Source of the DNA: Chrysemys picta bellii
Lineage: Eukaryota
Direction of reading: 5' to 3'
DNA length: 64,000 bases
Assembly (NCBI RefSeq): GCF_011386835.1
Contig: NC_088796.1
Location: 18,414,001 to 18,478,000 of the forward strand
Shown here: positions 1-10,742 of the stretch, one piece after another
How positions within the stretch are numbered: the stretch's first letter is position 1
Layout: the number at the start of each line of letters is the position of its first letter
Translations under genes and position numbers: made by a program
The notes under the pieces: model-generated
Told to the model about the DNA's origin: nothing
Seen by the model: the letters and a program-made list of their open reading frames with translations, nothing else
Databases searched by the model: none

Positions 1-470
1 CAGCAAAACTCCACCTGGTTCTTCAGGTTTACCCACAGTGCAAATCTGCCTTGTCCACCTTCACAGCTGACCAGACCAATCCATTCAGCCATATGCAGTA
101 GGGTGACCAGTAGCAGAAACATCTTTCTGGCACAGATTACTGATCTCCTCTGCAGGCATGGTAAGCCACTTCTCTTTTCCATTCTGGAACTTTGAAGACC
201 GCTATGTTCTCCGAGTTTTGGCCGACTTTCAGGGAAGAAATTGTAAATGGGTAACATTTGAAAGAATTGCCCCATCGCCCCCTATCCCTATTGACTAAGT
301 ATGAACATTGTACATTACTAAAAACACGAATACAGTTTTCTTACCATTACCAGCCTCTGCTCATGCCTCATGGGTTGCAAAAATTATCTTGAACCAAGGA
401 AAGGACAGTTACATTCCTGGAATGCTGAAAAGTATCAGAATTATGGCCTTCCACGACCAACTTACAGAGG

Positions 471-607
471 CATAGGTGCTGGAACTAGGGGTGTTAGGGC
501 TGCTGGTGCACCCCCTGGCTTTAAGTGGTTTCCATCATATCCAGGGTTTACAGTTTAGTTCAATGGCTCTCAGCACCCCCGCTATACAAATTGTTCCAGC
601 ACCCCTG
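471..607. mobile_element. Short non-autonomous DNA transposon (MITE, probably hAT-type)
   Basis: Termini CATAGGTGCTGGAAC / GTTCCAGCACCCCTG form a 15-bp imperfect TIR. Flanks TACAGAGG / TTTGGAGG are only a 5/8 match. A truncated second copy lies at 63419-63515. Confidence 0.6.
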
Positions 608-1780
608 TTTGGAGGATATCTTGGCTTCTTCAAAAGGCCAGAAATATAATGATCTCCTTCTCTTTGCATTGGCAGGACCTTCAGCTCCTGAGAGCGAAAC
701 CATGCCACCAAGAGGCAGAAGCAGCAGAGGCAGATGGAGAAGGACAATGGAGGAGCTGCTACTCAGAGGGGTGTACAGGAGAAACCAGAAGCAATTTGAA
801 TTTCTCAGGGGATGGGAAGAGTGGTCTCTTCAGCAGGAGGAAACACTTAGGAACCAGTTAATGGAGATGGAGTCACACCTCAGGAAACGGGAATAGTTCC
901 CAATGGAGAGGCTAATTGAACGGGGGACCAAAAGAGTAGTGTCCACCTGCTGCCAAGACCCCCAAACCAGCACATCAGTCACAACCTGTGTGACATGTGT
1001 AAAGTGAACTGATAACTAGGGGCAGATTTCACTCCTTCAGGAGAGCTGAACCAGAGGGGAAATGTCTCAGAGGTATTTAAGAGCTCAGGAAAATGGATTT
1101 GAGGGGATTTGGAACCAGAAGGGCTAGTGGGGTCATGCTGCAAGGAGTTAACGGGGCACGTGGAAGCCAGGGTGGAGAGCTTTATGCTTGTAGGCTAGCT
1201 ATTGGTGTCAGAGCTTTAAGCCACAACAGCAGAGCATTAAGTCACCCAAAGTTACAAGGCAGGTGGTGACAGAACCCTTCCTGGTCTGGGTGATCCCCAA
1301 ATCCATCTCCCCAATTTCTTAACTACCAGACACTCAGACTTTTCCCTTCTGGTTCATCACCCCTGACGCAATTAAACCTGCCTCCCAGCTATCAGTTCAC
1401 TTTGACACACCCACACTCCAACCAGTTTGCACAACAGAGACCGGGCTGGGGTAAAAATAAACAAAAAGTGTATTTAATAGAAAATCATAGATTCAAAGAT
1501 GAAATATTAAGGAAAAGCAAACACATACAACATACACAGAAAATAAACATAAAGATCCAATCGCAGCCTTTGCAATTCTATGTTGCCTAAATTCTCTTTT
1601 TAATACAAGTTACCTATTGCCTCTGAACAGTTTTCCAGCATGCCTTCTGCTCTATAAGGGATCCAGTGTTTTACTGGACAGCACTCTGCTTAGATGCTGG
1701 CTCTCGGTTTCTTGATCAACTTCACATCAAACCCTCTTCCCTTTTAAGAGTATGCAAGATTTTTTCCCCCCTTTCTCTCA

Positions 1781-2054
1781 GGTCTGGTCGACACTACACT
1801 CCTATACTGGTATAACTAGGTCACTCAGGGGTGTGAAAAATCCACACGCTTGAGTGACATAGTTGTACCGACCTAACCCCCGTGTAGAGAGCGCTATGTC
1901 AGCGGGAGAATACCACCTCTTGGGGATGTGGATTAACTAGGCCAACGGGACAGCTCTCTCCCGTCCGCTTGGAGTGTCTTCATTAAACCACTACAGTGGT
2001 GCAGCTGTGTTGGTGCAACTGCACCGATGCAGCATTGTAAGTATTGACTTGCCC
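1781..2054. mobile_element. PIF/Harbinger-type MITE (~270-bp family)
   Basis: GG-N4-TCxACACT ... AGTxTxGACxxGCCC termini, TCA/TAA 3-bp flanks. Same internal sequence as 10467-10742 and 27982-28247. Confidence 0.7.
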
Positions 2055-2255
2055 TAAGACTATAGTAATTCATGGTTACACAGAGCAGGGAAAACTCCCT
2101 TCTTCCTTAGTTTTCCAGTACTGGGGTTTTCTTTTCCGTTTCATTGTCTTCCATTAACTTTAATGGTCCATTATATTCTTTCCCTTGGTTGTACAATGCC
2201 AAGTGCTTGCAGTTAGTTTCGTGTAAACAACTAGTCCAGGAGATGACCCATCTTA

Positions 2256-2518
2256 GACTATGTCTATACTTTAGTTGGTAAAACTTTTATCAGTCAGGGA
2301 TGTGAAAAAACACACCCTGACTGACATAAGTCTCAGTGACAGAAGTGCCAGTGTGGACAGTGCTATGTCGGCAGGAGATGTTCTCCTGCCAACGTAGCCT
2401 CCACCGCTAATTGGGGGTGGTTTAATTATGCCAATGGAAGGGCTCTCTCCCATCAGCATAGAGCAACAAAATGGGAGACCTTACAGCAGCACAGTGCAGT
2501 ACCAACTAGATTTCAGCC
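2256..2518. mobile_element. PIF/Harbinger-type MITE, older copy
   Basis: TTA|GACTATGTCTATACT start, degenerate ...TTTCAGCC|TA end. Internal similarity to the 1781-2054 family. Confidence 0.55.
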
Positions 2519-2734
2519 TACCTTGAGTGCACTCCACAGCCATTCTGCAGCCACTCAGTTTGTAATTCAATTCCCTTTTTCCAGGGTCATTGATGTGGGG
2601 GCATGGTTTCATGAGCCAAGTTAGGAGTGAGTATACAAGGTCACCCAAAATACAGTTGGCACAGACCCACACCATAGAGAACCATATTGTTTCTGGGGAA
2701 TAAAGTCCCTCCTTCCCACTTCAAGTACTATTCT

Positions 2735-3290
2735 GATCTCCCCAGCAGCCTGGCATCATGAACCTTTCCAGTATTTCCCACATTGCAATCTATGAATCTT
2801 TGGTCCACTAAGCCTTGCAGAATAATAATAATCTTTTTGGTTCACATATTAGATTGCCCCATTTGGTGAGCAAAGTATTGGGATGCATGTGCCATCGATG
2901 ATCCCTGCACAGTTTGTAAACCTCATCATCTGAAATCCAGATATTATTTCTGAAACTTTTTCTTATGGCAACTACCCATGTGTAGATCACAATGTTAACT
3001 GCCTTGCAAATCTGCACAACCATGACCCTGACGCTGGCATTCTAGCCCCAAAGTGGTTTGCAAAGGATCAAGAGTGGTCTGGTTGCCAGCTTCCACAGAG
3101 CAATAGACACCTTCTTCTGCACCAGTATGGCTTCCCTGTATTGAGTGTTCTGGTGTTGAAGGATTGGTTCATGCTCCATGAAGGTCTGTTTCCTCATTCA
3201 GAAGTTCTGAAGCCACTGCTGGTCATCTCAGGTGTCCAAAACAATGTGATCCCACCACTGTGCTGGTTCTCCTACACCAGAAGTGACAGT
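2735..3290 (-). pseudogene. Decayed PIF/Harbinger (HARBI1-like, DDE_Tnp_4) transposase
   Basis: Manual minus-strand translation gives FWCRRTST..WWDHIV..DDQQWLQNF*MRKQTF..KKVSIALWKLAT, then NCAGIIDGTCIPIL..*YVNQKDYY and, after a frameshift, IILQGLVDQRFIDCNVGNTGKVHDAR. These are the typical Harbinger DDE motifs (IDGT, HDAR) with stops and frameshifts. A Harbinger-type end AGTGTAGACATAGCC|TAA is at 3843-3857. Confidence 0.85.
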
Positions 3291-5040
3291 CAACCAAAGG
3301 GCATACCGTGAAAATACCAGCATTCACTATACCTGTACAGTGTGATCTGAATGAATTGTTATGTACTTCAAGGTCAGCCCTCTTTGATGTGTCAGAAAAT
3401 GCTGCCCAAATTCCATCCAACATCTTGACAAGCATCTACACCACTGCATAGCCATTTCTCCCACATAAAGGAGCAGGAGCAGAACCGGAACCAGATCATC
3501 ATCCATTTGCTCCATGTTTTCCATCCAGTTTTGCAGGGATAAGTGTGGCATGACATGATCAGGAACAAGCATTGGCAAATGTGTGAAAGCAGGGAATAGT
3601 ACCAACAAAGCACAACAAAGAGGTTCGTTCCTTCAGTGTCTTCCTGTGATGCACAGAATCCTGGGATACCACGCCTGAAATAGTAGCACTAACATTGTAT
3701 ACCAACAGAGGCAGCACGGATGCTAGTATACACATGTACATTGCATTTACCCATGCCTAGCATGGCATACGTGGGCTCTCAGGCATAAGTAAGGGGAGCA
3801 CATGTGAGCATGAATACAATCCAGTATTCAGGTGTGTGCGCCAGTGTAGACATAGCCTAAGAACTTGACAAAGGAAGAGGGAGAAATATTTTAATGATAT
3901 TCAGGGTGACCTTCAGAACTGGCTAAGAAGACCCTGCAGTAAGACCACTTTTCTGCTGAATAGGTTGAAAGAGTGATCACTGCCTCTGAATTAAAGTCTA
4001 GGATAGTAAAGCAGATGGCATGCATCATTAGGAAACACAATATCCCAGTAAATGACATGTGCTAAAGACAATCGGAGAGAAAAAACTTGAAGCACCAATT
4101 TCACTGACGTCCTTATTTCCTTAAACCCATAGTACAGCCATGGTTCTGAAACAGTGACCAGGTTTTTGATTCTAATTATTTAGGAACTGTGCAGGCTTTT
4201 TCTTGGGGTATGTTTAGAAACAATTATTTAGGTTGGGATTTTCAAAGGCGTTGAACTCCCAACTCCTGTTGAAAGTCAGCGTGGTTTGGGTTCCTTTATT
4301 AGAACCTAATTCTTCTAGGTTCCTTTAAAAATCCTAGTCTTAAAAATGAAATAGTGAGCATTGCATTGAAACTAACCCTTTGTTTCCTTACAATTATAGG
4401 ACAAAGCTGTAAATCCACAGATCTGTCTTGTTCAATTATGAGAATGTGATGTAGTTCCCATGCTTCAGTCATATCAACCAGGAAATGTACCCTGTGGCCC
4501 TGAGGGAAAGTGTTAATTGAATTGCCATAACCAACCATTTTCTATTGATTCTGCAGTCACTTGTACAACTTTTCATTATGATCCACTGAAGGGTCCCAGT
4601 GCAAGATGGGGCCCATCTGTTATTAGCTGGTAACAGCTAGAATTGATCAAATAGTACAAAATAAATAAATAAAAATGTGCAAATATTTTCACAAATAAAA
4701 GCAAAAAAAATCAGCCTTTTGTGATTCATAGTGTCACATTATTTCTTATTCACAAGAACTTGGACAACTCCTGGTTCTCTGGATTCTTAGCACAAAATAA
4801 TATTCATCCATGAATTCATACTGGAAGTGCCTTATTTGCTATTTGTTACTCATTTTCATGTTTAAAAAGTTTCAATCATTCAAAGAGGGAACAAAAATGA
4901 TAACGTGACTTAAGTGACCAACCACACAACAAGAATAACCAATGGAAAACAGTCAAAGTGAGCAGTTTGCAAATAGCCCATACATGGAGAAATCAATTGT
5001 TGAAGCTATTAAATATACCCTTTAAAACAGTGAACGTGTT

Positions 5041-5329
5041 TGTTGTACTTAAAGTACTGCACAGGATCTTTTCAGGGGGAATAAGGCAGAACGCCACATT
5101 TATTAGTAATTCATGTATTCATTAACACTGTATTATATGCATATAATATATTACACTTACACACACACACAAACACACTCCGTCTTGTTGTTACCAATTA
5201 GTTGCTCCCCTTAACTTCACTGGCCAGGTGAGTTAGAAGGGGGAGGGGGTGGAGCCGGGCTTCTGCCGATTCGGATTGATGCTTTCATGTTGACAAGACA
5301 AGATCCTGTGCAGTACTTTAAGTACAACA
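5041..5329 (-). mobile_element. 289-bp TGT..ACA element with perfect 30-bp TIRs and 4-bp TSD (solo LTR or Ginger-like MITE)
   Basis: 5041-5070 TGTTGTACTTAAAGTACTGCACAGGATCTT is the exact reverse complement of 5300-5329. TGTT flanks both sides. Minus-strand AATAAA at 5099-5104. Confidence 0.8.
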
Positions 5330-6059
5330 TGTTCAAAGTAAACAATGATCAGTTTGCAAATGGTTTGCTAACCAAAAAGAAGAGTGAATTAATATGAATA
5401 AACACAATCCATAATTAGAACTAATCTAATAAAAATATGTACTGAATCACTTAATGAATAGTATTTGATCAGCTAACGGAAGGTCAAATAATGCAAAATA
5501 ATTATTGAATAAATAGCAAAATTAAGTGAATACATCACATATGCAATAACATTTAGCTAGCTCCATTATGAAAAAATGACTGACCTGCTCTAATAATAGC
5601 TCATAAAGAATTAGTTAGCATGAAAACCTTTGAGGTTCTTATTAATCTACAAATGCATATATGCTTTTGACATTTGGGCACTTAAAGTTCTTCTGTCTAT
5701 TCACTAAGCTCTTACAAATGTGAGACCTGCTACAATATTGTTAAATCAGACATAATACATTAAAATAAGCGATATCATGACAAATTAGTATTGTTTATAA
5801 ATTGTATTGCTAGAGTAAAAATGGAGATAAAACTATTTTGCTCCCAAGAGGAACCCATGACAAGAAAGTGAATCTTTTGAAAACCAGTCCCCCGCCCGAA
5901 CACACACACACCTTCTTTAGCTTTGTTACCAGTCTATGGTAACCACACAAATTTCTGAAAACCTGATCCTGCAAAAAAACTTCCTGGGCTGTTCCCTGCA
6001 TTCACATGGATCCCCAGTAAAGTTAGCAGAACTCTGCACAGCACCAGAAGTCTGTCCCT

Positions 6060-6197
6060 AGAATCATAGAAATGTCAGGCTGGAAGGGACCTTGATAGGT
6101 CACCTAGTCCAGCCCCTGTGCTGAGGCAGGACCAAGTAAACCTAGACCATCCCTGATTGGTATTTGTCCAACCTGTTCATTAAAACGTCCAATGATA
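6060..6197 (-). mobile_element. CR1 LINE 3' end fragment
   Basis: Reverse complement of the CR1 (TTCTATGA)-type tail TAGAATCATAGAA followed by CR1 3'UTR sequence (GGAAGGGACC..CTAGTCCAGCCCC..TGTCCAACCTG). Confidence 0.75.
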
Positions 6198-7094
6198 TGT
6201 TGAATGATCAAATTAAATAATCATAATGTAATTAATAAGAACAATTCAAGATGTCAAAATAATCAGCTCAATTGGAATTGTTTAATCAGAGATTAATCAA
6301 AGATTAACACGGCACTATACAGAATACAGAAAAAAGGTATATTTACCACTCTGTGTAAATGGTGATGAGACGGCAGTTTGATTCCTTCATTTGTAAGTGG
6401 TGGAATGATGGCAGCTTATTCATTCCCAAATTAACTCCCCAAAAACTCTTTCCTTCATAGGGTGCGAGACAAAGAAATTCCTTTCTGGGGAGGGAAAAGT
6501 TACTTTCCCACAATTGATCTGTTCTTAAGATCTGTTTACCTCATTACTTATGGAGGGTTTTTTATGATATCTCAGTTTACATGATTGATAAGCTAATGGG
6601 ATTTCTAATTCAGTTATTACTATTCAGAACATCTCTTGCAAGAAGCAAGTCCTAATGAGTTAAAAACATTTTTCACTGGGTCATTATTTCATAAAATGAA
6701 GCAAACTTCAAAGATAACAAATATCCCTTATCAATCACAACAACACAACTAGATTATTATAACAATTATTATAACGTGTTGTAGTGACAGACACTCTTTG
6801 TTAACACTAAGGGTTCCTTTCCTGAACATCTGGGCTATAAGTAAGAGCAGGGTAAAAGATTACACACATTCCATTTCTGAGTCGTGTTTCCTTTCACATA
6901 CTAAGGGGCTCAGCTGAAGGATGGAGAACTTTACAGTTTTAATAGGTATAGGCAGTAAATTTATGGATACACAACATAAATAGGAATTTTGTTAACATAT
7001 AAAAGAATTGTAGGTGTTTTAATATCTATCACTAGATGGAAATTCCACAACTTCCACTGGAAGCTTAGTTCAGTGTTTAACTATCTTCATAGTC

Positions 7095-7315
7095 CAGTGT
7101 TCGCCACTGAAGGTCAATGGGGGCTGCTGGAAGCGGTGGCCAGTAAGTCCCTCAGCCCGCACCGCTTCCAGCAGCTCCCATTGGCCTGGAGCAGCGAACC
7201 GCGGCCAGTGGGATCCGCGATCAGCCGGACCTGCGGACGGGGCAGGTAAACAAACTGGCCCGGCCCATCAGGTGCTTTCCCTACACAAGCGGCAACCCCA
7301 GTTTGAGAAACACTG
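7095..7315. mobile_element. hAT-type MITE inserted in CR1
   Basis: CAGTGTT..AACACTG termini. Perfect 8-bp TSD TCATAGTC at 7087-7094 and 7316-7323. Confidence 0.85.
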
Positions 7316-8140
7316 TCATAGTCGGTAAGCTTTTCTTAATATTTAACCTAAATCTCCCTTGCTGCAGATTAAGCCAATTACTTCTTGTCCTACCTGCGGT
7401 GGACATGGAGAAAAATTGATCATAGTTTTATAATGGCTCTTAGAATATTTGAAGACAGTTATCAGCCTCCCCCTTCTCCCCCCAGTCTTCTTTTTGCAAT
7501 ACTAAACATGCCCAGTTATTTTTAACCTTTCCTTATAGGTCAGTTTGTCTAAAGATTTTATAATTGTTGTCCCTCTCCTCTGGACTCTTTCCAATTTGTC
7601 CAAATCTTTCTGCAAGAACTGAACACAATATTCCTGCTGAGACCTCACCAGTGCTGAGTAGTGCAGGTCAATTACACTCCTGATAAAACACCCCAGAATT
7701 ATATTAGCCTTTTTTGTAACTGTGTCACATTCATGACTCATGTTCTATTTGTGATCCTCTGTAACCCCCAGATCCTTTTCAGCAATACTACCACCTAACC
7801 AGTTATTCTCCATTTTGTAGTTGTGTATTTGATTTTTTTTCTTCCTGAGTATATTACTTTGCACTTGTTTTTGTTAAATTTAATCTTGTTGATTTCAGAC
7901 CAGGTTGTTTTGAACTCTATTCCTGTCTTCCAAAGTGCTAATAACTCCTCCTAGCATGGTGTCATCTGCAAATTTTATTAGCATACTCTCTACTCCATTA
8001 TCCTAATCATTAATGAGAATATTGAATAGTACCAGATCCAGGACCTGAGCATTCCTTCTAGATATGTGCCCCCAGTTTGACAGTGAAATACTGATAACTA
8101 CTCTTTAAGTACAGTCTTTCAACTGAACCATGATACCACC

Positions 8141-9062
8141 TGTGATAAATGAAGGGGGGGAGGGCAGCTCTCTTTAAGGACCCAGCCAGCCACTTCTAAT
8201 AAATCCCTCTTAGTAGCAGTTCTCTACTTGCTTCACCTGTAAAGGGTTAAAAGTCACTGTGATACATAGATAAAAGGAAGTGAGTGGGCACCTGGCCAAA
8301 ACAGCCAATGGGAAGGCTAGAACTTTTTAAAATTGAAACAAGACTCCCCTTTTATCTGTCTGTCTGTTGTTCTTGGGGAGAAGCCGACACAGAGCAACCA
8401 TGCTGTAAGAAACTTGGGGCCAGGTATGAAAAATCATCAGTATCATACCTAGAAACTACTCATTTGAAACCCCAGATATGTAAGTAGATCAGGAAATGTC
8501 TAGGAAGACGCAATCAGGTTTGCCTCCTTTTATTCCTTTATGGCTTGTGGACTCTTCTGTGCTAACCCCATATGCTTTTGTTTTGCTGGTAACCTTTAAG
8601 CTGAACCTCAAGAAAGTTATTCTTGATGATTAATCCTTGTAAGTGGTTTTTTTTTAAATCTAGCAATAGCCTGAGTTTCCAGATGTAGTTTCTTTCTTTT
8701 AATAAAATTTGCCTTTTTTAAGAACAGGATTGGGTTTTTGTGACCTAAGAAGTTTGTGCACGTTATTTAATTAGCTGATGGCAACAGCTGATTTCCTTTG
8801 TTTTTCTTTCTCAGCTTTTCCCCAGGAAAAGAGAGGGGGAAAGGATGAGGCTTGAGAGTACCCCACAGGAAAGAATTCCCAAGCACACCTTCCTGGGTTC
8901 TCAAACGGGTTTTGCACTTGAGTGATAGCAGCATTTACCAATCCAATGTCAGAAAAAGCTGTAACCTTGGGAGTTTAATACAAGCCTGTATTAATTTTTA
9001 GAGTCCTTGCGGGCCCCCACCTTCTGCACTCGAAGTGCCAGAGTGGGGAATCAGCCTTGACA
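8141..9062 (+). mobile_element. Solo LTR (922 bp; probably Gypsy/ERV class) inserted in CR1
   Basis: TGTGA...TGACA ends. 5-bp TSD CCACC at 8136-8140 and 9063-9067. AATAAA at 8701. No internal coding sequence. Confidence 0.8.
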
Positions 9063-10466
9063 CCACCTAATAGTAATTTCCTCTAGATGCATTTCCCTAA
9101 TTTGCTTATGAGAATGCCTTACTAAAATCAAGATATATCACACCTACAGCTTTCCCCTATCTAGTAGGCCAGTTACCTTGTCAGGCAAGGAAATTAGGCT
9201 GGTTTGGCATGATTTGTTCTTGGCAAATTACTGATCACCCTATTATTCTCCAGCTGCATACAAATTCATTGTTTAAAAATTTGTTCCAGTAACTTTCCAG
9301 GTATCAAAGTTAGGCTGACTGGTCTGTAATTTCCCAGGTCTTCCTTTTTTCCCCTTTTTAAAGATCGGTACTATGTTTGCCCTTCTCCAGTCTTCTGGGA
9401 CCTCACCAGTCCACCATGAGTTCTCAGAGATAACCACTAACAGTTCCAAGATTGTTTCAGCTTGTTCCTTAAGTTCCCTAGGATGAATTTCATCAGCTCC
9501 TGCCAATTTGAATACATCTCACTTATCTAAATATTCTTTAACCTGCTTTTTCCATAGTTTGGCTTGTGTTCTTTCCTCCTTGTTGTTAATATTAATTGTG
9601 TTAAGTATCTGGTCACAATATACCTTTTAGTGAAGATTGAAGCAAAATAGGCCTTAAATACCTCAGCCTGCTTGATATCATCCATTATTAGCTCTCAATC
9701 CCAGCTAAGTAGAGGACCGTGTGATTCTTCTTGCAGGAGTGTGGCGGGCCAGATGCCAGCTCTTGCCAAGACTGCAGGCATTAGCTAAGAATTGATAAAC
9801 GCATAGCTGGAGACCAGACCAGTTTACTTATGTGTTAGTGTTACTCAAAATAGGTATTAGTCTTATAAGAATGTATTTAGTGTTTCAGACAAAAAGCAAC
9901 ATTTCTGTTCAGAAATTTCTGTACATTTGGTTTAAATATTTGTGATCAAAATGAAATATTTCAGTGTTCCTGAATCAAAATGTTTAGTTCCAGCTCAGTT
10001 CAACATTAAACTGCGTCCTCCTGAATAATCCTGGTCCCTCATGGGAGCTGTAGTTTGGGAGCCGTAGGTCCCCACTCTGTTCTGTGGGCCAGGCTCCCTG
10101 TCCAGACTACATCTTCCCTGATGAATCACAGCCATATGAGTCCTATGATACACCGCAACAGGTCACAATGAGTTGAGATTGTGGTGCACAATGGAAGATC
10201 AAATCTGGCATACAGGAGAAATTGGGAGCATGTCAAACTAACTCCAAAAACTAAGCAATTCAATTCAGTTCAATAAATGAAAATATTTCTGTTTAGGTTA
10301 ACCTGACACAAAATATTCCATTTCAATTTTCCCAATGGATTTTTTAAGTTTTGGCTGAAGGCTTTTGATTTGGGGGCTTTCGACAAAAAAAAATCAAAAA
10401 TTTTCCATGGAAAAAATAATTCCCAGCCAGCGCTACTCTTGGGCTCTCTGAAGCCTAAATTAATGA

Positions 10467-10742
10467 GGCCGGGTCTACACAACACACTTATATCGGTATA
10501 ACCACATCACTCAGGGGTGTGAAAAATACACGCTCTTGATGTAGCTATACCAACCTCACTGTCCCCCCACCCCCGTGTAGACAGTGCTGTCAGCAGGAGA
10601 TCTTCTCCTATTGACATAGCTCCTGCCTCTCACAGAGGTGGATTAACTACACTGATGGGAGAAGCTCTCCTGTTGGCACAGGAGCATCTTCACTTAAGCA
10701 TTGCACCTGAGCCAATGCAGCATTGTAAGTGTAGATCTGCCC
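10467..10742. mobile_element. PIF/Harbinger-type MITE
   Basis: TGA|GGCCGGGTCTACAC ... GTGTAGATCTGCCC|TAA. Same family as 1781-2054. Confidence 0.75.

Larger units (their letters stand above)
7015..9715 (-). mobile_element. Decayed CR1 LINE (RT region), interrupted by a hAT MITE and a solo LTR
   Basis: ORF pieces 7502-7741 (KKANIILGCF..DKLERVQRR..) and 9273-9506 (DEIHPRELKE..WRRANIVPIFKKG) are CR1 ORF2 motifs. The sequence is continuous across the TSD-bounded insertions. Confidence 0.85.

Noticed and set aside
525-896. 123-aa ORF with a charged, coiled-coil-like C-terminus
   Set aside because: It starts inside the 471-607 MITE, so it is chimeric. The tail vaguely resembles Harbinger Myb/SANT accessory proteins, but no diagnostic motif is visible.
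6198-6997. Possible 800-bp solo LTR (TGTTGA..TTAACA, GATA/TATA flanks) between two CR1 pieces
   Set aside because: The TSD is imperfect, and the two CR1 pieces appear to overlap in consensus coordinates, so they may be separate copies rather than one interrupted element.
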